Assembly: GCA_951406725.2 (NCBI GenBank)
Contig: OX597815.1
Span: 1,984,001-2,048,000, forward strand
DNA length: 64,000 nucleotides
Source of the DNA: Octopus vulgaris
Lineage: Eukaryota
Direction of reading: 5' to 3'
The notes below the pieces were generated by a model that was not told the DNA's origin, did not search any database, and saw nothing but the letters and a program-made list of their open reading frames with translations. Below are positions 50,643-64,000 of this stretch, one piece after another. Position numbers and translations under genes: made by a program. How positions within the stretch are numbered: the first letter of the stretch is position 1; each line of letters starts with the position of its first letter.

Positions 50643-50870
50643 TACACATATTCTGATATTAACGATGAATTGTCTTTGATTTTCAGGCATGAAGATGTTA
50701 CAGCTTTAGGTTTTCTTGTTCCCTCACCACAACGGAATCCCGTGGTTCGGAAAATCATATCTTTCCACATTCAGGCTTCACTGCACTTCTAGCGTGTGAT
50801 AAGTAGTTTGGCGAGGAAGGGTCACTACTGGAACTCGTATAACAATAATTAGCGAAATAATGTTCTAGAA

Positions 50871-51269
50871 CAAAGGTTCTCAACCCATTTCGGCCAAAGC
50901 CCCTCTTTTGACCTATGAAGTCACAAATCCACCCCCCGCCCCAGAAAATATTTTTATTTTCAATATACTACTTATTTTGATATCAGCAGTTAATGGTTAA
51001 AAAATAAAGGACGTCGCTTTACAAATGCGTTTGTACGCAGTCGGGAGGAACACGTGTACAAACTGAAATGCAAAATAACGAAATAATGAACTGAAAGTTT
51101 GGTAACTGCGTTTATATCGACCACACAACACTTATGAAATCAACGTGTTGTCTATCAAAAGAGTGCTCTTTGGTACAAGAGAGCCCCTTTGCTCCAAAAC
51201 GACGCACCACGAGCTCCAAATGCTCCCCGGGGTGGAGGGGTGCCATATGGCCCCCGTTGAGAGCCTTTG
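50871..51269. mobile_element. hAT (Charlie-type) MITE with 8-bp TSD
   Basis: TIRs CAAAGGTTCTCAAC and GTTGAGAGCCTTTG. TSD TTCTAGAA at 50863-50870 and 51270-51277. Confidence 0.88.
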
Positions 51270-51904
51270 TTCTAGAATGTTCTGCTGTAGCAGAGAACTG
51301 TTTCTAAATTGGTTCCCAATTGCTTTCCAATTGGTTTCCTTGGGTATACTTGAAGTCAGAGATTTTTAGCGGGAGTACAATGGGTAATTTTGAGATAAAA
51401 ACCTTTTCCCGATGCCAGAAACGCTGCCAAAAAAATTAAAACTGTTCTGGCAGGGAAGAGATGACACTGAGTAGGGTTGATTGGTCGGTGGCGATCAGTG
51501 TGTTGAAAGATGACCACCTATTCAACAACCTGGCTTCTTGTAGGCTTCAGACTTATTTTAAGATCCAAGTCAGTGACCCTTGAAATGTGACAACTAATTC
51601 CATCTGTTTGCCAAAGAATTCCTGCTAAGAAAATAAAGCAATGCGATGATAGGCATTATTATGGTTTTAAGCGTTCGTTGTTGTTTTAGCTTCGACGACA
51701 TATGTTACTTGCAGAAATTATGTTTCAAAGAAGAAGCAGACTCTGAAATGGAATTAAAGTGTGTTTCGTGAAACATGTTAGTAGTACTAATAAATTTGCT
51801 TAGCATATTACAGTAGGTCAGTGTCAAAGAGGGGAGGGGGCAAGTCGATGGAAGGGACACACACAATGTTGGTTGATTGACATTTCCCAGCACATACCTT
51901 CTAC

Positions 51905-53880
<1,976 letters not shown>

Positions 53881-54257
53881 GACCTTACGATAGACTTGTT
53901 CACATCGGACTCCAGTAGAAGATGATGGGGGAGAGGACTCTACGTGGTCACTCGATCTGCTAGAAATACTAGCTCGGTCTCCCTTAAATCAAATTTTATC
54001 ATCTTAAAAATGGAAGAAAGTATACACTGGATAATGTAGTCCGAGATAGACTATGCTTGGCTGGAATGTCGTTAATCATTGGTCTGCTCGATAAGATTTA
54101 ACTTCCGGTCATTCTACCAAAGTATAGCGAGTGAGATTTGTGCTGAGAAGAAACATTTAAATATTCACAGAATTTCTCATCTCTTCCAATCCGGATGGAG
54201 GGCTTAACCCCAAGCAACCTCTGACTAGTCACATCTATGATCAAAGACTTGTTGTTG

Positions 54258-54485
54258 GCGAGCTGGCAGAAACGTTAGCGCGCCGGGCAAAATGCGTAGC
54301 CGTATTTCGTCTGCCGTTGCGTTCTGAGTTCAAATTCTGCCGAGGTCGACGTTGCCATTCATCCTTTCGGGGTCGATAAATTAAGTACCAGTTACGCAGT
54401 GGGGTCGATGTAATCGACTTAATCCGTTTGTCTGTCCTTGTTTGTCCCCCCTGTGCTTAGCCCCTTGTGGGTAGTAAAGAAATAT
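54258..54485 (+). mobile_element. SINE family B, 18-bp TSD
   Basis: TSD atcaaagacttgttgttg at 54240-54257 and 54486-54503. Confidence 0.92.
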
Positions 54486-54689
54486 ATCAAAGACTTGTTG
54501 TTGTTTAGCCCCAGGTGAACCTTCACTGAGCAAGTACTTGATCAGTGACGTTCAAACCATAACCACGGTGCTTTGTCTGTGAATATAAGCTGCCGAGATT
54601 ACGTACCTCGTCCAACACATCCGTTCGTTTTCTAGCAGAAGGAGAGAGCTGGTCGAGGTTCCTTCATTGCTTCAACAAGGACAGAGTTG

Positions 54690-54741
<52 letters not shown>

Positions 54742-54784
54742 CCCTCTGGAAATGAACGGAAGAACTGACGATTCTAGGGTGTTA

Positions 54785-55280
54785 AGGGGCTGAGCTAAAA
54801 TCGAAGTTCTGAGTGTTATAGGGAACTGAGTTAATGGGGGTAGAGTTGGAGTGTTGAGTATTACGGGAGGAAAGATCGAGCACTGAGTAGTAGTGTAGGG
54901 TGATGACTAACTGGAATGGAGTTGAGGTACTGAGTAGTGTTCTGTGTCGAAGGTCATTGGGTCAAAGTTGAAATACTGACTGACTGGAAAGAGTTTGGTT
55001 AGTGAGTGTTACAGGGTACTGGGTATATGGGACAAGATTGAGTATTGAGTGTTACTTGGTGTTGCGTGACTGAGGCATCGAAGTTCTGAGTTTAACCGGT
55101 TACTGAGCGATAGGGATAAAGTTGGAGTAATGAGTACAAAAGGGTTCTGAGTATATTGGAGAATAGTTAAGTATCGATTATTAATTAGTGCTGAGTAACT
55201 GGGAGAAGGATTGAGCAATGAGTTAGCATAGGGGGTCAAGTAGATGGGATGGAGCTTGGATATTGAGGGGTTACTTGAGC
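54785..55280. repeat. Degenerate G-skewed minisatellite-like tract built on (T)ACTGAGT
   Basis: Many ctgagt/ttgagt motifs. atcgaagttctgagt is repeated at about 54800 and 55077. Confidence 0.55.
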
Positions 55281-55367
55281 AGGTTTTGGTGGACCAATGC
55301 AGAGAAAGAGAAAGGCTGATATGATGGAGAGGAAACAGACAACTCATACCCGCGTCTGTTTGGAAAA

Positions 55368-56063
55368 TATGTGTGTATGTATGAATGTATATATGTATGT
55401 ATATGTGTGTGTGTGTATCTGTATGTATGTGCGGGTATCTGAGTATGTATGTATATAAGTGCATGTGTGTGTTTGTATGTATGTGTGTATGTATGTATGT
55501 ATGTGTGTATGTATGTATGTATGTATGTATGTATGTATGTATGTATGTATGTATGTATGTATGTATGTATGTATGTATGTATGTATGTATGTATGTATGT
55601 ATGTATGTATGTATGAATGTATGTATGTATGTATGTATGTATGTATGTATGTATGTATGTATGTATGTATGTATGTATGTATGTATGTATGTATGTATGT
55701 ATGTATGTGTGTATGTATGTATGTATGTATGTATGTATGTATGTATGTATGTATGTATGTATTTATGTATGTATGTATGTATGTATGTATGTATGTATGT
55801 ATGTATGTATGTATGTATGTATGTATGTATGTATGTATGTATGTGTGTATGTATGTATGTATGTATGTATGTATGTATGTATGTATGTGTGTGTATGTAT
55901 GTATGTATGTATGTATGTATGTGTGTATGTATGTATGTATGTATGTATGTATGTATGCATGCATGTATGTATGTGTGTGTATGTATGTATGTATGTGTGT
56001 ATGTATGTATGTATGTGTGTATGTATGTATGTATGCATGCATGTATGTATGTGTATATGTATA
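55368..56063. repeat. (TATG)n array of about 700 bp
   Basis: Direct inspection. Confidence 0.97.
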
Positions 56064-56209
56064 CACGACGCGTGCCTGCACAGTTTGGCTCCACCAGATT
56101 CCACTCGGAAGGCATCGGTCAACCCTTGGCTGTTCCAGAAGTCTTTTAACCAAGGGGTTCTGCAATGAGAACGATCCTAGAAACTTCTCAAACACACGTT
56201 CATGCCTCC

Positions 56210-56621
<412 letters not shown>

Positions 56622-58448
56622 GTATCCTTCTCTCGCATCAGTGAAGGCGAGTATATCTTTATGACACCAGGTCCTATCTCCTCCTCCGAATCATTTTATC
56701 TTCCAGCTTCCATCTTTAATCTCTCATCAATACCTACAGTATCGGGAAGGGATATCGTTTATCGATAAATTCGATGATTTTTGCCAATATATTCACAGTG
56801 ATCAATCAACACATTGCATTGCGATGTGGCATTAGACTCTCCCTTCTCCCCCAACACATCTCCGCCTCACCGTATAGCTGACTATTTATTGGTTTTGTTC
56901 AGTATTTTCGCCAATGTTCAACTAGAAAAATATCGATTTCTTTGGTGAGAAGAAAGTAAGAAGGAAGAAATACGGACGAGAAACGTGATTACGTGATGTC
57001 CATGAAATGGTTTTAAGAAGATTTGCTGGCGTAAGTGAAACCAAGAGGAAAACAGAAAACATAACAAGGTCACAGACGGCTTACGTAGAGCTGCAGTTAG
57101 TGTTGTGAGTGTTTTTAACCCCTGGTCAGTCTTGGTGGAACGGACCCATGATAAGAAAACATTCAAGTAGTGATCATACTGTCTTTTCAAACAGGTTACC
57201 CCAGGGATGTCATTCCTGAGTCTATTTTTATGGCTTTTTAGAGACGAGCAATTTAAAAGCGTGTGTTTTCAGAGAAAGTTTTGGCTGTTGTTTCCTGTAA
57301 GTCAAGTGATTACGTGGAGACTTCTACATAAACTTGCCTCTACAATGGTTCCCAATCTTTAAAATATCCGAGCGAAATCCAAAACCTGGGCATTGTTTTA
57401 GGGTGCCGCGCCAAAAAATATAAAACACAAGTCACTTAAAGAAAAAGAATTATATTTATCGAGGGAAGACCGTCCGGTGTCAGCGGAAGGATGCTGGAGG
57501 GCCACATGCGGTCCTTGGAACCGTGGTTGAGAGCAGCTGTTCCAGGGCGTTACAAGGTGTCTCCTGCATTCTAAGATGTCAACCTCTATTTTAAGGCTCT
57601 AAAATCGGGTAATTCTTGGCCATTGCTGACTCGAGTCCTAAAACTCCTAGGGTCGTTTTCCCGGCTTCCATGGTTTAGAAGCGACGGAGATTACCTTTGG
57701 ACGGGACGCCAGGCCATCGCAGGGTTATTCGTTTACAGCTGAATAGAATTGAGCAATATGAAATGAAGTGTTTTGCTCAAGAACACAATGCATCGCCCAA
57801 TCCGGGAATCGAAACTACGATCTCGCGAGCGTGAGAGCAGTATCTTAATCACCTGCTCACCGTCAACCATGAAACCCCAAATGCAGTCGCTAGACCGACA
57901 GAAACAAAACACATTTTCATAATGATATTTTAAATGTTTTTAAGGTCCACCGTGGCTGATGTGATTGGCAGATGGAAGGGAGGATGTTATTCTTGGACCG
58001 GAAGTTTGACCGAAATCTTTGCAACAAAGTGGACTTTGCCAAAGTCACCCGATGGAGCCACATGGTGGTGTTAAAACCGGACGACGGATTACATCCGTTT
58101 CTCAAGGATAGGCGCGTTTCTTTTTTCGGGCTTCTATGCCGTTTCCGGCTTCGACTGTGGTAGGAAAATATTCGGCCATGTCAAACAATTGACCCAAGTA
58201 CTTATTCCTTTTAAGACTGGTATTTTATTCTAACGGTCTTTTGCCAAACCGCTTGGTTACGAGGACGTAAACAAACCAGCACCGGTTGTCAAGCAGTGGG
58301 TGGGACACACACGCACACATAAAAGACACTGATGTTCTGGTGTCTGTCGAGATGGACTTGGGTCAATGAACACTTACATAATGTCTGAAGTATAGACATT
58401 TCAGTTGAAGTGAGCTGCATACTTTTCTCAAAGACATTTTTAGCAGTA

Positions 58449-58795
58449 AGGGGCAAGTGATTTTGTGTTTAGGGCATTCGGTTCCCGATTGTTAGGCCGT
58501 GAGCTCAATTCCCGGTGGTGCGTTGTGTTCTTGAGCAAGATGCTTTATTTTACGTTGCCCTAGTCCCCTCACCTAGCCAAAATGAATCGTACCCGTTTTT
58601 CAAAGGACCAGCCTTGTCGTATTCTCCCTAAGAACTACGTGAAGATATGCGCGTCTGTGGATGAATCTGCCTGAGGACTTTATGAAGGGCACCATTGTCT
58701 GTGGAATGCTCAACCAGTCGCACGTTAATCCCACGAGCAGGACGATCCGTTGGTCGGATCAACTGGGACACTGTAGACGTAACCGACGGAATGCC
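58449..58795 (+). mobile_element. Diverged SINE, D-type core with C-type tail
   Basis: gttgtgttcttgagcaag..ccagccttgtc..gtaaccgacgg. Confidence 0.65.
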
Positions 58796-59428
58796 ATTAG
58801 AAGAGAAGAGAAAACCGAGCGCCAGTCGACAATAGGAGGTTCTCTACAGAATGGCTCTCTCTCTCAGTTTGAGTAGGTGTGGTGCTATTTACCAGAATTG
58901 TCTATGGAATTTCTTTTATTCCTTTAGGGAAATTCCTTCCTTGTAAAAAGTGACAAAGTGAATTACAAGAACAGTTCAGATAAAATAGAGAGAAAAAAAT
59001 ACATAAAATAATTGGAAGCGTTTTCGTTGTTATTCTCTCTTGTTTTCCGTCTCCAGGCCTGTTACGAATTATGTTTACCAGACAAGAAATGGGGGGGAAA
59101 AAAAGAAAGAAAGAAATGGATTAAAAAACAGAAACGCAAAAAGAATATTTAAAAAATGTCGAGATAATTCTACAGCTACTGGGGGGGGGGGGGAAGAGAA
59201 ACAAAACAAAACAAATCTATAAATGAAATAAAATTAACATAAAATACATGTGTAAAATAAAAAAAAAATCTACACGAGGGGGCATGAGAGTATATGCATA
59301 CATACACACAAACAAACACACTCACACACTCACACGCACACACACATACACACATACAAATAGATATAAAAAGCAAGTGCCGTGTATATATTTCTTACCC
59401 TAATGTAATCTTATTAATGTATTATGTA

Positions 59429-59511
<83 letters not shown>

Positions 59512-59925
59512 TCCCGCCTCGCACTCTCTCTGTTATTTGTTCGCGCGCGCGTATATTATGTGTGTATGTGTGTGTGTGTGTCTGTCTCTGCCTCTCTCTC
59601 TCTCTCTCTACACACACACACGCATACACATACACATATACATACACATACATATATGCATACACGTGCACACACACACATATATATATAAACACTTAAA
59701 GTATTTAGGAATACACACACGCACACACACACGTGTGTGTGTGTGTGTATGTATACATATCCGATAGTGAGACATTCATTATCCGTAAGGCGCTTCGAAG
59801 CGTTGTTTTATTGGCGGGAAAATTAGTTTCGCTTCCATCAGAACACGTGACTCTCCTTTAATCTGTATTGCACAAGTTGTGGTTTATATTGCGCTTCATG
59901 CGGCCATTCTGCTTTCTGTATATAT

Positions 59926-60519
59926 CTATTTCTTTACTACCCACAAGGGGCTAAACACAGAGAGGACAAACAAGGACAGACAAACGGATTAAGTCGATTA
60001 TATCGACCTTACTGCGTAACTGGTACTTATTTAATCGACCCCGAAAGGATGAAAGGCAAAGTCGACCTCGGCGGAATTTGAACTCAGAACGTAACGGCAG
60101 ACAAAATACCTATTTCTTTACTACCCACAAGGGGCTAAACACAGAGGGGACAAACAAAGACAGACTAACGGATTAAGTTGATCATATCGACCCCACTGCG
60201 TAACTGGTACTTATTTAATCGACCCCGAAAGGATGAAAAGCAAAGTCGACCTCGGCGGAATTTGAACTCAGAACGTAACGGCAGACGAAATACCTATTTC
60301 TTTACTACCCACAAGGGGCTAAACACAGAGAGGACAAAGAAGGACAGACAAACGGATTAAGTCGATTACATCGACCCCAGTGCGTAACTGGTACTTAATT
60401 TATCGACCCCGAAAGGATGAAAGGCAAAGTCGACCTCGGCGGAATTTGAACTCAGAACGTAGCGGCAGACGAAATACCGCTAAGCATTCCGCCCGGGGCG
60501 CTAACCACTCTGCCAGCTC
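59926..60519 (-). mobile_element. SINE family B head plus three head-to-tail 184-bp units
   Basis: Units at 59926-60109, 60110-60293 and 60294-60477; head at 60478-60519. Confidence 0.93.
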
Positions 60520-60539
60520 AGTGATCCGTGTGATCCATG

Positions 60540-61045
60540 TATCAGGCACCAATGTCCGTCGAAAGTGGTCCGTCTTCTAAAAATGGATTGCAAGATTTAA
60601 ACCGGGTCACACATGTGTGAAGCATGAAAAATGAGCGGATGCCCGACCGCGTCGTATCTTTCTGACGAGATTAAACGAGTCAAATGGTTCTGTTGGAGGG
60701 ACAAGCAACTGTCCATGAAGCGGCACATAATATGCAAATTAGACATGGTGTTGCCTTTGAGATGATTTCCAACAGACATGGTCATCATTAATAGAACAAC
60801 GATTTCAAATGAATTATGGTTGATGTTATGATGTCAAAATAATATCTGTTTCTTTATTACCCAAAAGGGGCTAAACATAGAGGGGACAAACAAGGACAGA
60901 CATAGGTATTAAGTCGATTGCATCGACCCCAGTGCGTAACTGGTACTTAATTTATCGACCCCGAAAGGATGAAAGGCAAAATCGACCTAACAACAACAGA
61001 TTAAGTTCAAGTCGGCATCAAAGTGGGTTGCGTGCGCAGCTATTT
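60540..61045 (+). mobile_element. Degenerate mariner transposase N-terminal (HTH) relic, interrupted by a truncated SINE B (60845-60988)
   Basis: KWIARFKPG..(frameshift)SGCPT..TVHEAAHNMQIRHGVAFEMI..KWV parallels WxxRFxxG..RSGRP..ISHGS..WVP. Confidence 0.6.
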
Positions 61046-61131
61046 TTCTTGCTAACTAAACAAGGAGAACTCAGACTCGTATGTATACACACATAAGGAT
61101 ATATGTCTGTCAGTCTGTCTGTCTATTTAAA

Positions 61132-61180
<49 letters not shown>

Positions 61181-61421
61181 GTCTGTCTGTCTATCTATCT
61201 ATATCTACATATTATCTAATATAAGTGTGTATGTATATACACACACAGCACATACAAACATGTACACACACATACACACACACGCACGCACACGGATAAG
61301 CAAAGCAACCAATGGTTTCATGTGTAAAGTATTTCCACTTGCCTTGTTAATCCATGAATAAAGAATATTAACCCCCACCCCACCCAAATGTAGTGTCGAC
61401 CACCCATTCTCACTGTTCCAT

Positions 61422-61453
<32 letters not shown>

Positions 61454-61541
61454 ACTACATAAACACATATAAAGAGCAAAATGACCAGTGAGTGATGGTA
61501 ATCTATGATAATTCCAAGTTTCCTGGTTTGTATTTCCAAAC

Positions 61542-62053
61542 GCGCGCTTCTGGATGATTTTAAGGAGAATTTTGCTTACATGGAGTGTCAGGGTGATGGT
61601 ACGGTAGTTTGCGCAGTCCTTGGTATCTCCTTTCTTTGGTATTGGGATGCGAGACCTGGACACTAAAGAAAGCTGACCAGAAGAGAATTAATGCATTCGA
61701 GCTTTGGTGTTGGAGAAGACTTTTGCGGATTCCATGGACAGCGAGGCTCACCAATGGAGAAGTTCTTAAGCAGATCAGGCCGAAAATGTCGCTAGAAGCT
61801 AGGATCACCAAGCATAGATTGGCATATTTCGGTCATATTACGCGGAGAAAATCCCTGGAGAAGGACATCATGCTCGGAATGGTCAGTGGCAAGAGAGGAA
61901 GAGGCCGACCAAGAACCCGCTGGCTTGACACCATCAAGAGTGATACCGGAATGGACATAGCCAATCTGAAAGAAGCGGCCCAGGATAGAACTGACTGGAG
62001 GACACTGATCCAACGAGTGACCGAGAGTCGACTTCGACTGAGCGGATAGAGAG
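61542..62053 (+). mobile_element. RTE (BovB-like) LINE, 5'-truncated with inverted 5' segment, 10-bp TSD
   Basis: Plus strand 61645-62049 GCETWTLKK..FELWCWRRLLRIPWT..GRGRPRTRW. Minus strand 61542-61648 PIPKKGDTKDCANYRTI. TSD atttccaaac at 61532-61541 and 62054-62063. Confidence 0.92.
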
Positions 62054-62750
62054 ATTTCCAAACACACACACACGCATATATACACTAACGCACGCGCATA
62101 CACACACACACACACACACACAGTTATTGGCTAACTGAAGTCATCATACACTGGAAATGCTCCTGCACAGGACTGTAACTTATAGTCAACCTGACATTTT
62201 TATTTATTTATTTATTTTTCTATTTCTTTATTCCTGTATTTTGTATTTTGATTATAATTGTATTTTGTCTCTCGCTATATTTATGGATTTAATTTTGCCG
62301 GTAAACTGCTGATAATAAACACATTGTTTTGGGTATGCATTCTCATACTGAGTGACATGACTGTAGCATCTGATGGAAGACTTATTTAAACAGTCACTCG
62401 AGGAAGTGCATTTTACATGCATGCAATGATTACACATCTCACCAATGTACTACAGGTGTAAAAATGTTTTGAAACAATTGTAGTGATTTTAAATAAAAAA
62501 TGTTAATTCCATTTTCTACCATTTATCTAAATATTTATACATACGTACGTACGCACGCACATTTGTATATAAGTAGTTACCTGCTTAAGAGAAATAGGAA
62601 AGCGAATTTAAGTTAAATAACTCAGTAACGCACAACAGAGTGGAAATACGTGTCTATTGATACAATGGCACTTATAAGATTAATCGTGTTACTTTCAGTT
62701 ATCTAAATCCTGAGAGCGCGAATGAAAAGATTAAATTCAGTGCTTATATA

Positions 62751-63136
62751 GGAAGCACTCCGTCGGTTACGACGATGAGGGTTCCGGTTGATCCGAATCA
62801 ACGGAACAGCCTGCTCGTGAAATTAACGTGTAAGTGGCTGAGCACTCCACACACACGTGCACCCTTAACGTAGTTCTCGGGGATATTCAGCGTGACACAG
62901 AGAGTGACAAGGCCGGCCCTTTGAAATACAGGTACAACAGAAACAGGAAGTAAGAGTGAGAGAAAGTTGTGGTGAAAGAGTACAGCAGGGATCACCACCA
63001 TCCCCTGCCGGAGGATCGTGGAGCTTTTAGGTGTTTTCGCTCAACAAACACTCACAACGCCCGGTCTTGGAATCGAAACCGCGATCCTATGACCGCGAGT
63101 CTGCTGCCCTAACCACTGGGCCATTGCGCCTCCGCT
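62751..63136 (-). mobile_element. tRNA-derived SINE family C, full length, 12-bp TSD
   Basis: Head GGAGGCGCAATGGCCCAGTGGTTAGGGCAGC..GGTTTCGATTCC. TSD agtgcttatata at 62739-62750 and 63137-63148. Confidence 0.93.
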
Positions 63137-63364
63137 AGTGCTTATATATGTGAATGGTGATTGAGAGGTTTGGTCTAGCTTGAAATATTCTATCTAATAC
63201 TTATCGGTATTCAGTGGTAAACTAGGATGCGGGGTCGGAAGGGATAGAAGAGAAGGACAAACGGGAGAGTTTTTAGGGTGTGCGGTTTGTTGAACTTAAA
63301 ATAGATAGGCACTGGAGTGGCTTTGTGGTAAGAAGCTTGTTTCCGGTTTATGGTTGTTCAGTTG

Positions 63365-64000
63365 CATCGTTGGATTTCTTTGGTGGACACGTGGTTTTTG
63401 GCTGTCCTGGTGGAGCGACGTTTTGCCTCTTGTATAATGGGGGGGGTGCGTCGAGCGAGAAATTGGGAGAAATTAAAGTATTCTTCACTAGAATGTGATT
63501 CGTCTGAGGAGGAATTAGTTGAATACTCAAACAAGATAGACAAGGAAATGGAGAAAAGGAATTATGTAGCGGCGGCTGGAGAAAAAAAATTGAAGAAATC
63601 AATCTGGAAGAGTTTTGTGAGTTCAAGGAAATGCTTGAAAGGGAGGGGAGCGATGTGAAGGTGTCCCCCACCCCAAAAAGTATTGAAGAAAAAGGAAGAA
63701 AGAAGAATTGTTTGCAGAACCTACGCCACAGCAGCAAGGAAAATTGAAGTGGTGTCTGAAGCACAGGTGGAAAAGGAGATAGCATACCTTGCCAGGGGTC
63801 GAAAATATGGAACGGCGGAGGTGCAGTTTAGGGAAATAGCAACTGCCAGACTGTACTCGGCCACACCGCTGAAGACGGATGAGGTGGTACTTCTACCAGT
63901 GTACCTTGGGAGACGTACGACCAGGGTTCGGGTGGATGATAAACCACCAGAAGTGAATGTAGCCTGGCTGATGGCTGCCACACTGCTGGATATGGAGGAG
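63365..64000 (+). mobile_element. Probable 5' end/ORF1 relic of a Tx1/L1-like LINE, running off the window
   Basis: Frame 63659-64000 is open: ..TAEVQFREIATA..LLPVYLGRRTTRVRVDDKPPEVNVAWL, similar to RRM-type ORF1. The upstream part is frameshifted. Confidence 0.5.

Noticed and set aside
57343-57539. hAT-like MITE
   Set aside because: TIR-like ends are weak and no 8-bp TSD is evident.
59926-60477. CRISPR-like array or spliceosomal back-splice product
   Set aside because: Units are contiguous with no unique spacers and there are no cas genes. The AG|GT junction lacks properly placed acceptor and donor sites in the monomer.

Overview
Repeat-dense eukaryotic (metazoan) DNA, not prokaryotic. The tRNA-derived SINE families and extreme microsatellite load match my recollection of octopus (coleoid cephalopod) genomes; this is inference, not a database result. 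The only host coding sequence I can support is the first coding exon of a PDE3-type (cGMP-inhibited) cyclic-nucleotide phosphodiesterase on the minus strand (ATG 8017 to splice donor 7175). Sequence left of it is intron; sequence right of it is upstream region or a long 5'-UTR intron. The rest is more than 40 SINE copies or fragments from several modular families (labelled A-F here, my own labels), relics of RTE, CR1-like, Tx1/L1, R4/Dong, HERO and Penelope-like retroelements, mariner relics, piggyBac-, hAT- and foldback-type MITEs, and long (TA)/(CA)/(TACA)/(TATC)/(ATT) arrays that generate most ORFs in the track. The most interesting signals are: a SINE forming head-to-tail 184-bp multimers with a recurrent junction; a Tx1-like LINE and two orphan segments each sitting inside a specific microsatellite; a SINE/LINE shared 3' tail with a covarying stem; a minimal Penelope-type hammerhead ribozyme; a 53-bp near-perfect hairpin in the PDE3 intron; a 100-bp identical direct repeat around a SINE+RTE nest; and a twin-priming-like inverted RTE. 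Boundaries of degenerate repeats are approximate.
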